64,000 nt of DNA from Raja brachyura (taxonomy: Eukaryota). Made by a program: the position numbers and the translations under genes. The number at the start of each line of letters is the position of its first letter. Within the stretch, counting starts at the first letter, position 1. This document shows, one piece after another, positions 25,802 through 36,501 of this stretch. The stretch lies in the NCBI GenBank assembly GCA_963514005.1, contig OY740821.1, positions 12,462,001 to 12,526,000 of the forward strand, read 5' to 3'. Below the pieces are notes generated by a model. It saw only the letters and a program-made list of their open reading frames with translations, was not told where the DNA came from and made no database searches.

Positions 25802-25996
25802 TGTGTAGGAAGGAACTGCAGATGCTGGTTTAAACTGAAGATAGAGACAAAAAGCTGGAGTAACTCAGCGGGTCAGACAGCATCTCTGGAGAAAAGGATT
25901 AGGTGACGTTTCGGATAGAGACCTTTCCCCGAAATGTCACCTATTCCGTTTCTCCAGACTGACCCGCTGAGTTACTCCAGCTTTTTGTGTGTCTTC
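25802..25996. mobile_element. Penelope-derived palindromic element with centre deleted
   Basis: ACAAAAAGCTGGAGTAACTCAGCGGGTCAG ... CTGACCCGCTGAGTTACTCCAGCTTTTTGT inverted arms. Confidence 0.8.
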
Positions 25997-27152
25997 CATT
26001 TAATACAATACTTGGCAGCAAATTGAACCATATTAGTTTGAGTTTTTCTCGTTTTTAGTCTCTTGCACATTACTTGTTTCATTCCAATTAATCTACAATT
26101 AATTTCAACTGAGGAAAGCCCACATTCTTTTGTTGTCTCATCTTTTTCCTTATGTTCTGCAACGCTGAGTTTAAATGTCCTACCTAGGGGTTTTGTAGGC
26201 TGTCTCTCCTTCGATTGTATGCACAATTAAAGATACAGCTAGTGTGTGAGTGCTACCTACGGCTATATTTGTATAGAATACTAGTTTGGGAAGAACTAGC
26301 ACTGGTTAATGCAGAGACTTGGAAAAGCTTTTTCAGGTTGCCAAGTTTTCCCGTTCTATTTCTTTGTCTCTCTTGTTCATTTACTTGCTCGTTTGTCTGT
26401 CCCTGACAGTTGTTCTGTGTCCCCATGCATGCACTTAGTTCATTCTGTTTGAAAGTTCCCTTATCTGCTAAAATTTGAGCAAGAGAATCTTTGGCGATAG
26501 TGAAAGCGATCCGGAATTTAAAGGACTTGAACGATATTGAGATGATGTGAAATAATAACTTGTGTTTGGTCTTAACAATGCGGGTTGCTTTAGCTAGGAT
26601 AGCTGGTTGTCAAAATACATTATTTTATGAAATCTTCCTTATCGAGTCCACACACAAGATTGGAAGTTGTTCAGCCAGAGTGGAACACACTTCTTGGCAT
26701 CTGCACATTATGGTGTCTGGTTGCTTTTTGTGCTCGGTGGTGGAAAGATTGGTGGAAACGGGGCCGTGACGTGAATGCTCTTTCCTTGACCCCACTTTAT
26801 GAAATGGGAGTACCATTAAAAGAGTCCCATACTCTCTGGGCCACTTGCTAGCACCCCATTGTAAATGAGGAGCAACCTTATTAGCTATTTGCCCTTTCTT
26901 CCCCTGCATGTTCATTATTCTGGGATTAGGTTATGCATCTGAGACACTGCCGATTCCAAGCATCTCAGTATGCTTGCCATTTGTATGACTGTATACAGCT
27001 GTCCCTGTTGCAGCCACCAAGTCCTTTTTTGCATAGACGTTCCAGTTCTCGGTGGATTCTCTCATGTGGCTGTTAGCGTCCTTAATATTTAAAAGCCCCA
27101 GTTCCGTGTCCTTGCATGCATGCTACCCAAAAAGAACTGAAATAAGTATTCC

Positions 27153-27533
27153 TCGGTCCACATTAACCAACCCGACCTCCCGGTGGCTCAGCACTTCAAC
27201 TCCCCCTCCCATTCCGTATCCGACCTCGCTGTCCTGGGCCTCCTCCACGGCCAGAGTGAGCAACACCGCAAATTGGAGGAACAGCACCTCCTACTCCGCT
27301 TGGGGAGTCTGCATCCTCTTGGCATGAACATCGAATTCTCTCAATTCTGTTAACCCTTGCTGTCCCCTCCCCTTCCTACCTCTCCCTCAGCCCTCGGGCT
27401 CCTCCTCCTTTTTCCTTTCTTCCCCCCATCCCCTATCAGTCTGAAGAACGGTTTCGGCCCGAAACGTTGCCTATCGCCTTCGCTCCGTAGATGCTGCTGC
27501 ACCCGCTGAATTTCTCCAGCATTTTGTGTACCC
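27153..27533 (+). mobile_element. Penelope-like element 3' fragment: GIY-YIG endonuclease C-terminus, pyrimidine tract and terminal repeat
   Basis: 27153-27353 translates as SVHINQPDLPVAQHFNSPSHSVSDLAVLGLLHGQSEQHRKLEEQHLLLRLGSLHPLGMNIEFSQFC*, matching the PVA-HF..H / R..E / L.P.G.N pattern of Penelope endonucleases. Confidence 0.88.
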
Positions 27534-28068
27534 TAATAGATATTTCTGGAAGTTTGACATGCCCAAAATATTTCCCGAGTACACTCGTCTCTCTGGCTAT
27601 TTCCTTACCTGATTGTAATATATGAGCATTGGAGGTGCAACATTAAGGATGTGCTGGCCTTAAGAGAAAACAAAGTGACAAGTCATTATGATACTGAGTT
27701 ATTAAGTGCTTGGTAAGCATGGGTAACATGCTTTGGAGAAGAAGGGTTGATAGGATGACTTGAAAATATTGGATAATTGTGCATGAATTGGGAAGAATTC
27801 CTGGTCGTACGGAAATCTGGAACAAAGTGACAATTTGGACATAGTGAAAATGTGAAATGTCAGTTGAAGAAGATAGTCATGGGCAATCGTGGCTAAGGAA
27901 AGTTACTATTACGTTTTAATTCACAGTAGCTGTTATTAGCTAAAGCAATAGGTAATATAAACTGCATACAACGCAAGACATTTGTTAGGCTACTTCTAGT
28001 TATTTTCTCTGTGTAACTTGTGCATCTTGGACCTAAGCAGGGATTCTATTTTCTGTTATGTTCCTTAG

Positions 28069-28180
28069 GAGGGGCAGTGGCTGTTGGGCAACTTGCTCTT
28101 GGTGGTTCTCTGGCGCAGGCTTCATGTGCAACAGGAGAGTCTTTTCCCAATGTCTGTCGGTCACCATTTCTTGAAAGCAG
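28069..28180 (+). CDS. KMT2D: KMT2D exon (ex27 equivalent) ending ESFPNVCRSPFLESR
   Basis: ccttag|GA...AG|gtaatt; 112 nt, phase 1-2. Confidence 0.9.
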
Positions 28181-28740
28181 GTAATTTTTGTCATGATTTT
28201 ATTTTTGGTCTCCTTACGAATAATGCTAGTGATTATTAACAGATTTCAAGCTGGTATGAAAGCTCAATTTTGCTTCTCCGACCATAGTCCCAACATGTGC
28301 TGCAGAAGGAGCCTGGGGGAAAAGCAAGCAAAACAGCTTGCAAATTGAACATTGTGTAATGTCATATGTTCATCGCGTCTTCTCAAGGTTTTTCCCAGCC
28401 AGCTGGATCTGTAGAGTACATACTTGCAATGAAGAAACGGTGCAGATTTAGGGAGCCCAATATGAAGAATGTGCAGGAGTACTCCTGAAATTAACCACTA
28501 GAAGGTTGCCCTGTCATCTCAGCATGGTGATCATTTCCTGCTGTGTCACTCGCTCAAAAACCCTACTTACACCATTGGCTAAAAAGCTTAATTGAAGTTA
28601 AGCAATGAAAATACCAATAATCAATCATCAGATTTCAGAAATGATGCAAGCTGGCTTAGAATCTGTCGTGAGTGCCCCAAACAAACTGTTCATCTCAGCT
28701 CCTTCTTCTAAACTGTTAATTCTAACATTTGCTGAGTTTG

Positions 28741-29049
28741 TTAAGAATAAGGAGTAAGCCTTAAGAATAAGGAGTAAGCCATTTAGAACGGAGACGAGGA
28801 AACACTTTTTCTCACAGAGAGTGGTGAGTCTGTGGAATTCTCTGCCTCAGAGGGCGGTGGAGGCAGGTTCTCTGGATGCTTTCAAGGGAGAGCTAGATAG
28901 GGCTCTTAAAGATAGCGGGGTCAGGGGATATGGGGAGAAGGCAGGAACGGGGTACTGATTGGGGATGATCAGCCATGATCACATTGAATGGCGGTGCTGG
29001 CTCGAAGGGCCAAGTGGCCTACTCCTGCACCTATTATCTATTGTCTATT
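28741..29049 (+). mobile_element. Young CR1 LINE 3' fragment with an exact 20-bp tandem duplication at its 5' junction
   Basis: (TTAAGAATAAGGAGTAAGCC)2 then ...CACAGAGAGTGGTGAGTCTGTGGAATTCTCTGCC...CCTACTCCTGCACCTATT. Confidence 0.92.
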
Positions 29050-29361
29050 CATAACCGTGCCAGGTGAATGGGAAGATACGAATCATGACTGATAATTGAA
29101 TTATGTACCACCTTAAAGATATATCGTATCCCATCTTGCAGTTGCTTCGTCAGGTATAGATAGGTGCAGAGCTACAGCAGGGACAGTTTGTGCATCAGTG
29201 GCAGCTACTGAATCCCAAATACAACATGGTATTCTTCAATCATGTAACACCTGTCATTCCTATGCCTATGTTCCCCTGGCCAAATAGGTTTATTTTGGAC
29301 AGATTGTAAAGTACAAAACGCATTGAGGATGCATAAAATAACATCTTTGATTGATGTGCAG

Positions 29362-29612
29362 GGAAAGGAGTATTCCTTTCAGCCCAGACAGTGGAGAGCA
29401 ACAGAGCCCGTGGACAACTCCTGCTACCCCAGCTACCCCAACCACTCCGACCACACCCACCACTCCCACCGAGGGAGAAGGCGATGGACTTTCGTATAAC
29501 CAGCGAAGTATATTGAGATGGGAAAAAGATGAGGCTTTGGGAGAATTATCAACCATATCACCCGTTCTCTACGCAAATATCAATTTCCCTAACTTGAGAC
29601 AGGATTACCCAG
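29362..29612 (+). CDS. KMT2D: KMT2D exon (ex28 equivalent): TP repeats, EGEGDGLSYNQRS, start of HMG box
   Basis: gtgcag|G GAA...CCA G|gtatgc; 251 nt. Confidence 0.96.
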
Positions 29613-29959
29613 GTATGCTATCTCTAATTTCTAGTTTATAAGATTAGTTGAAAGAAAAACTGTTAACATTTTAGGTTGAAAAACGTTTAATTGGATGTTC
29701 TGACGAACTGTCTACAACTGCAAACGCAATGGCTGTTTCTCTTTCCACAGATGCTGGGGAGTGTTTGCAACATATTCTGTTTGTTTATTTCAGATTTCCA
29801 GCATGTGAACTTTTATGTGTAATTAATGAACAAGATTCTCACTGTAGATTTATTTGTGGAATAGATTATGAAAATATTTAAAACGTATCATTTTAATTGC
29901 TGGTAATCTTAAATAGGTAGAAAGTCATTGATTATTTTTTCCTGTGATAATTTCTTCAG

Positions 29960-30033
29960 ATTGGGCAAGTCGTTGTAAACAGATTACTAAGATTTGGAGG
30001 AAGGTACCAGCAGTTGATAAAGCACCATTTCTG
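29960..30033 (+). CDS. KMT2D: KMT2D exon (ex29 equivalent), HMG box: DWASRCKQITKIWRKVPAVDKAPFL
   Basis: cttcag|AT TGG...CTG|gtaagt; 74 nt. Confidence 0.95.
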
Positions 30034-31136
30034 GTAAGTGCTCATCTCCTTCTGGCGCACCATCTTGAGATCTCGTCAGAGTCAACATTTTCGGTACAAA
30101 TGTAAAGAGAGAGAGAGAGGAAAAAAAATTCTGGTTGTATTTCTCTCCACAGAGTAATTGAGCAAAGGAATGAGAGGAAGTTTATACTTTTTCCCTTAAG
30201 TCGTTTTGTGGTATCGGTGTTTTGGGCTCTAGAGGGTGATTTTATGTTAATTTGCACACTTGCTAAAATGCATTTCGATATGGTGCTATATGTGATTACC
30301 CACATTCAATTCCTGAATAAATTTGATTAATGGTTTGACCAATACGTTTATTCAGTACGAATTTATGTTACGCCATATTTACATATGCTGGAGTCACACT
30401 GCGATAAATGGCAAAAGGCTCATTTTATTCAGATTCTTAATCACATAGACAAAGTACGTCTACTCTCACCTTGCACAGTAACACGACCTGTCGAGACAAA
30501 CGGTGATTAGTCTCAGTCAGACTTGTGGCTTCACTTTGAATGGAAGAACCTCCCCTAAAGTTGAGAGGGTCTTTTTGTCATCACTTTTTTACATGCTTTT
30601 CCAGTGTTCATTAGGGAGTCGAAGCAAGACCCGTTTCCAATCTATTCCCTCTCTTCAATGAGACTATACCAACTACTCCCTACACTTGTATTCTATACCC
30701 CGATGTGGTACTATATTATACAACATTGCTTTTAGCAAAGCTGGATTATTGTGCATTGGCACTAAAAACTGCTTCGGTAAAATAAAGTAATTGGGTTTTT
30801 TTAATTGTTTCCTTGAAGGAGATGTAGTTTAAAATGTTATAGGGATTATATGTGCTGATACGTTGCATATCCAATTAATGTTTTTTATTTGTTGGAAAAG
30901 CTTGGAAAGGAAATTGGTGTCCTTGATTTTAGTGGGCGTGGTTGGATTGGAAATTGAGTTATGACCATGCGTGATTTTTGAGACCAATTGTCATCGGCAT
31001 GTTCATTGTGCAGATAAAAATTTCTGCTGACTTGAACTGCAAAGCATCTTTTTGGCACAGATTTTGTTGATGATAAATATTCTTTTGATCCTCAAAATAT
31101 TATTTTGTTTAAGTCACAATCTATCTTGCTTTTCAG

Positions 31137-31187
31137 CAAAAGGCCAAAGACAACAGGGCAGCTCAGCGCATCAACAAAGCACAAAAG
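31137..31187 (+). CDS. KMT2D: KMT2D exon (ex30 equivalent), HMG box end: QKAKDNRAAQRINKAQK
   Basis: tttcag|CAA...AAG|gtaaat; 51 nt. Confidence 0.95.
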
Positions 31188-31352
31188 GTAAATGAACTTG
31201 ATGTCATTGACGTTATCCAGCTTGTAGTCGTGCTTTTTGTTCATTTACTGAAAATGATTTTCTCATTCGGCACCCTGATGTGTGCTTTGTCTTTTTTCCA
31301 CCTTGGTCCACCTCGATTAACATGAAATGGAATCTGTTCTTGATTTTTGCAG

Positions 31353-33278
31353 CAGGTTGACATGCAAGGTAACAAGCAACCGAAAATTGAGAGACAAGAT
31401 TCAAAGCAGGATCGTAAACCACCCCGTCAACCGCACGGCCTGAGTCCTACAGTCACCAGTCTCACTCCAGCAACATTAGTTGTGGGGAATTCTGGTTCCC
31501 CGGCAGAAATGAGGATTGAAGGTTTAGGCCAGAATGCTTCATTACATGGTAATAAATCATTTGCTACCTCGACTAATGAATTTGTCAAAATGCAGACAAC
31601 CAGCCCATCCCCAAAGGACTCCAGCAGTGACTTGTTCCCGAATTTGCATTTGCAGTCTCCGACTGGGGTTGTAGCCCAAGATCCTTTTGGACATTCACTA
31701 TCATCGTATCCTCAGGAACCAAATGTTCAGTCTTCCAGTAATCCAAGTCAAGCATCGGCATGGAATAGTTCTCATCACCAGTCAAGTGTACCTCGCCCTG
31801 TTGTTCCAGGCCGACCGCAGTTACTTGCCTCTTCAGAGCTACACTCTGCCATGCCAGGGATGTCTCATCATCAGCATCCTCTCGCCCCAGACTCATTCCT
31901 CCGATCTAGAATGCTTGGCGAATCACATGATACCCACACAATTGACCAGCCTTTAGGAAGTCCAGGGTTTCGATCATCACAGTCGACAGACTGCTACACA
32001 AAGCCACTTGAAGCATTAACGCTGGCATCACCAACTAGTGACCAGTTAAGGCGACTTACGGATACAGAAATTGGAGCACAGCATCCAAGAAATGAACAGT
32101 TTGCCGGAGTTATGAGACAAGATTTAAGTACAAATTCCTTGGCATCCCTTTACAGAGCTGCAATGTTGGATCCAAATATGAATGTACGGTCACTTTCGGA
32201 TGGGAGAGATAGAGATATCTTCAAAGCACCTTTAACTCCCAGATCATCGTATGTGGACCAAACACCTCCAGTACCTACTCAACGTTCTCAGGAACTACAC
32301 CCTCAATCTCAGGGTGTCTCGCCACAGAGCCAGACCGATTTGTACCGCCAGTCCCCTTCCACCCCATTTTCTGATCCATATCATCAATCTTCATTGCCAC
32401 CAAGACCATCATCCAGTGAGAGTTGCTCTCCGTTACCTCCTAAATCACTTCCAGCTGATTCTCTCTCCAGGGTACCCATGAGTCCGCAGTCTCAATGCAG
32501 TTCACCATTGACACCCAGGCCGCATTCCAATGAGGCCTTTCCCCAATCTCCCATTGCTTCCAGATTCCAATCACCAGATCCTTACTCAAGGCCACCTTCA
32601 AGAGATCCTTACGCTCAGCTTCACAAACCGCAGAGATCCCAAATGGTTGACACTGGATTTAAATCCTCACCAGTGCCAAGTAGTACCATTCAGCATTCAG
32701 CAATGTTTTCTCAGCACAGTGACCCACATCCAAAAGCAGCTTATGTAATGCAGCCCCAGTCTCCACGGCCTCACACTTTTGAGCCATGTGCCAAGACATT
32801 CGCCAGCGGTCAACCACAAAATCAATTTCCTTTCACTTCTTCACCCGGAGATATGCTGAAAGAATCCCATTCTCAGCAGACGGTATCCCAAATGCCTCGA
32901 ACAAATAATTTTCCACCAAGTCATCTAATGGGAAATCAGCTCAATGTAACTGATGCTCATTGCTCTCAACTCAATGCCAGTAATCAGTCTGGACCTCAAG
33001 ATGCAGCATCTGTTGCAAGAGATGAAGCTTTCACCAACATGCCTTTAAGGCCATCCTTGATCAAGCAAGATACGCTACCTTTACAGCAGGATTGCCCATA
33101 CCAGACGTCTTCTAACAGTCGATCAGTGAGTAATTCATCTCCATCAGAGAGAAGCAGCGAGAGTTCCGCGCAGGTCCACACTCCAGCATCTCCCAGCAGA
33201 GATTTGCATGATCTTCCATTCAACCGGGGAGCACAAACAGGAAATCTGAGTCAGACGGAGCTTGAGAAACAAAGACAG
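31353..33278 (+). CDS. KMT2D: KMT2D large exon (ex31 equivalent), Pro/Ser-rich disordered region ending LSQTELEKQRQ
   Basis: ttgcag|CAG...CAG|gtaatg; 1,926 nt; motifs FKAPLTPR and SRFQSPDPYSRPPSR. Confidence 0.95.
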
Positions 33279-33487
33279 GTAATGATATGTAACATTGGAG
33301 AACGCTTGTGAGTGCATGTACTTAACTACCATGTTACTGATGTTTTAATTGACGTTATCCCAGTAGACTACTAGGAACTGTGAAATTTTAAGTATTAAAA
33401 GACCAGTTAAAGGTGTCAATAGGGCATACTGGGCGGCATATGCATTCCCAGTAGGAGAGAGTTGCTACACCATCTGAGTTGAGTTTA

Positions 33488-33776
33488 GAGGTACAGCATG
33501 GAAACGGGCCCTTTGGCCCACCGAGTCCACACTGCCATCGATCACCCCGTTCACGCTAGTTCTGTGTCATCCCACTTTCCCATCAGCCCCCTATACATTG
33601 GGGGCAATTCACAGCAGCCTAATGACGTACAAAACCACAAGTCTTTGGGATGTGGGAGGAAACCCATGTGGTCACAAGCAGAACATACAAACTCCACACA
33701 GATAGCACCCAAGGTTAGGATTAAGCCTGACTGGCGCTGTGAGGCAGCAGCTCTACCAGCTGCTCCACTATGCTGA
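33488..33776 (-). mobile_element. V-SINE (HE1-like)
   Basis: GTCTTTGGGATGTGGGAGGAAACC...CAAACTCCACACAGATAGCACCC...GCTGTGAGGCAGCAGCTCTACC is the reverse complement of the V-domain and tRNA-like head. Confidence 0.85.
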
Positions 33777-33809
33777 GCGGATGTATTTGAAATGAAACGT
33801 TTAAATTGA

Positions 33810-34112
33810 GATTTTGCCTGCTCCTTCTGGTTGATTTAAAAGTCCCATGGCACGATTTTGAACCAGAGCAGGCAGGTCTTCAGTGTTCTGGACAATAATT
33901 ATCTGCTGGACAATAATGACCTGTAACCAGTAAAAAGCATGATCTGGTCATTATTACATTGCTTTTGGTGGAAGCAGGTTGTGCAAAAGATTGCCACCTA
34001 ATTTCCTACAATAGAGTGGGGACTGCACTTGTTAAGAAGACCATAATTAGCTACAAAGTGTTTTTCATGGTCCCGGGGTTGCAAAGGCATCCCATAAATA
34101 CATGTTTCTTCA
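33810..34112 (+). mobile_element. Deu-domain SINE (SacSINE1/AmnSINE-like), degenerate
   Basis: TAAAAGTCCCATGGCAC...ATCTGGTCATTATTACATTGCT...ATTTCCTACA resembles the Deu-domain consensus as recalled. Confidence 0.7.
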
Positions 34113-34395
34113 CCCCCTCACCCAACGATAGAAAAATTGTGCTACTTGATGTAGTTCTGTGAGTGGTGTTGGATCCTGGTTTGTAAAACCCTCAATATGA
34201 AGTAATGTGTGGACTGAGGGCATTCAGCCAGCTGATAGGGGGCATTGGCAAAGTTAGATCTGACTTCTGTAACCTTGAGCTGATAAATAAATACTGTTAT
34301 CGTTGCATTGTCAACCTGTGCCAATGGAACTGTTTGCTGTTCAGATGTGAAAGAAGAAAACTTTGTTGAAATTAAAATACTTTGCGTTTCTTCAG

Positions 34396-34575
34396 CGCCA
34401 GAGGTTACGTCAGCTTTTGATACGTCAGCAAATTCAACGGAATAACTTGCGACAGGAGAAAGAACAGGCTGCTGCATGTGGTAGCAGCACTGCTACAACA
34501 AATTGGTCTCAAGAAAATGCCAGCCAGCCTCATGAGCTGCAAACAAGAGCACCACCTCCATACCCCCTCTCTCAG
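34396..34575 (+). CDS. KMT2D: KMT2D exon (ex32 equivalent): RQRLRQLLIRQQIQRNNLRQEKE...PPPYPLSQ (LxxLL, PPxY)
   Basis: cttcag|CGC...CAG|gtactg; 180 nt. Confidence 0.95.
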
Positions 34576-35007
34576 GTACTGACTGATCCTGGATATCTGA
34601 TACTTTAAACATCTTTTCAAATAAAGGTTTTCTTCTGTAGATCTCGTCATCAGCTGATATCTAATTAGGTTTTGTATCCTCATATGGAAAGGTTGAAGCT
34701 TTCACTTGTAGAATTGTTTAGTGCAAAATGTTTTGTGTCTATGTCCCTATATTTGTCCATCTAGCTGTGCCTCTTGTATTTGCTCCCTGGAATTATTAAA
34801 TGGACTATGCTTTGAGATTGAACACTTGGAATCTCATGTATTAAAATTACTGAACGGATCAAGCTTGAAGATAATTTGTAAGAAAACGTGGGAAGAATTG
34901 GTTCAATATTTCAGTGCCAAATTATGTTGTCGCAAATACGTCACAAGCACTTTGTGTTGAGGTTTAATGTTTGCAGTTTAAGGGCTAAAAGTTATTTTGT
35001 TTTGCAG

Positions 35008-35165
35008 GATCGGTCTGGTCTGCGAGGTCTGATCCCTGGCTCTGGAAACGGCAGGTTAATGAATCCAGTGGTAATAGAGAAACAGCATTTATTTCCTCAG
35101 GAGGAGAGTCTCTGTCGGCCTCAACAACCAGGCATTTCCCCTGCTGGTGAAGTGAACACTCCCAG
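35008..35165 (+). CDS. KMT2D: KMT2D exon (ex33 equivalent): DRSGLRGLIPG...EVNTPR
   Basis: ttgcag|GAT...AG|gtatgt; 158 nt, phase 0-2. Confidence 0.88.
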
Positions 35166-35704
35166 GTATGTGCGATTTAATAAACATCTGCATGCATCAA
35201 AATGTCAAAATGCACGCTGGTTGTTTTAGTAGTGTAGTTTGTCAAAGCATGTAGAGGATAGTGTTTAAAGCATGTGATTACTTGTGGATATACAAAAAAA
35301 AAAACGTCATGCTCCTCAGCTGGATCGAGCATAATTGCTTACGACTGTTGTATTTGTCTGTATGCTATTTTTTATAAATTCCAATTCAAGTTGTCCATTA
35401 ATACATTTAATCTTTTGAATGACTATGTGCAATATGTACATTATATCCCTGCACTGATTTACAATAAGTGTGCTTCTGTCATGTAGGTACATGGGGTAAG
35501 AGGCCCAATCACAACTGATTTAATAACTAGAAAATATCAAATTCCAATTTATCACGACTTTCTGGTTTTTGAAATTGATCCTTGGTAAAGCCTCCAAGTT
35601 ACCCATTTTCATCTAAATATAAATCAAGGATATTCTGTTCCTTTAACTTTAATCCTCAAATGTTCTTAAAGACAGAGAAGGCAGATAAGAATAATGCGTG
35701 TGCC

Positions 35705-36075
35705 ACAGAAGAGCTACAGATTCATGGAAACGGGCACTTTGCCCCAACTTGTTCATGTCAACTGAGATGTTTATCTAAGCTAATCTTGGTTATCTATATC
35801 CTTCATAATCTTTCCTATCCATGTACCTGTCCAAATATTTGAAGACGTTGTAATGTTACTTCTGCTATCTCTTCTGCAACTAATTCCATATACCCTTCAT
35901 CCCCAGAGCGGGAAAAAAATGCCCCTCAGATCCTCTGAAAATCTTTCCCCTCCCACCTAAGCCTAGGCCCTCTAGTTTTAAATTCCACTATCCTGAGAGA
36001 AAGACTGTGATTATCTATACCCCTCTTTAAGTTCACCCTCGGCTTCCTTCGCTCCAGGGAAAACAGTCCCTGTAA
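35705..36075 (-). mobile_element. Degenerate CR1 3' fragment
   Basis: CATGGAAACGGGCAC...AAAAAATGCCCCTCAGATCC...GCCCTCTAGTTTT...CGCTCCAGGGAAAACAGTCCC. Confidence 0.65.
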
Positions 36076-36501
36076 GTGTTCATTTTCCTATGTGCATCGT
36101 AATTCAGCATTATCCAAACACTACATTTTATCCAAAGGAATTGTAGCATATGTTGTGCAGCCAGCAAGCAGTGCGATCTGGTATTTGATCTTGAAAGGAG
36201 TTGTGGGACACGTACTGATGGCATAATTGCTGAGCATTGGCTCGGCTGAGTTCTGGTTTCAAAGGTTTGCTGACATCGCATTTTCATTGAATGCATTTCT
36301 CTATATATTGATGATCCTGGGGACTACAATATTAAATAATATTTTGTGCCAGTGGTCACTTGCATATTTTAAAGACTTTATTTCCTCACCTACCCCTCCA
36401 GCATATCAAATTACCCCCATTTGAAAAGCGGCCTTAAAAGAGGGCCCTAAGTACTGCTGCCTTTCATTACTTGTATCTACCATAAATGTTTTATTTTCCA
36501 G

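Noticed and set aside
26540-26945. Possible box C/D snoRNA or scaRNA (ATGATGT ... CTGA)
   Set aside because: Box C is imperfect, there is no terminal stem, and no guide sequence is recognisable.
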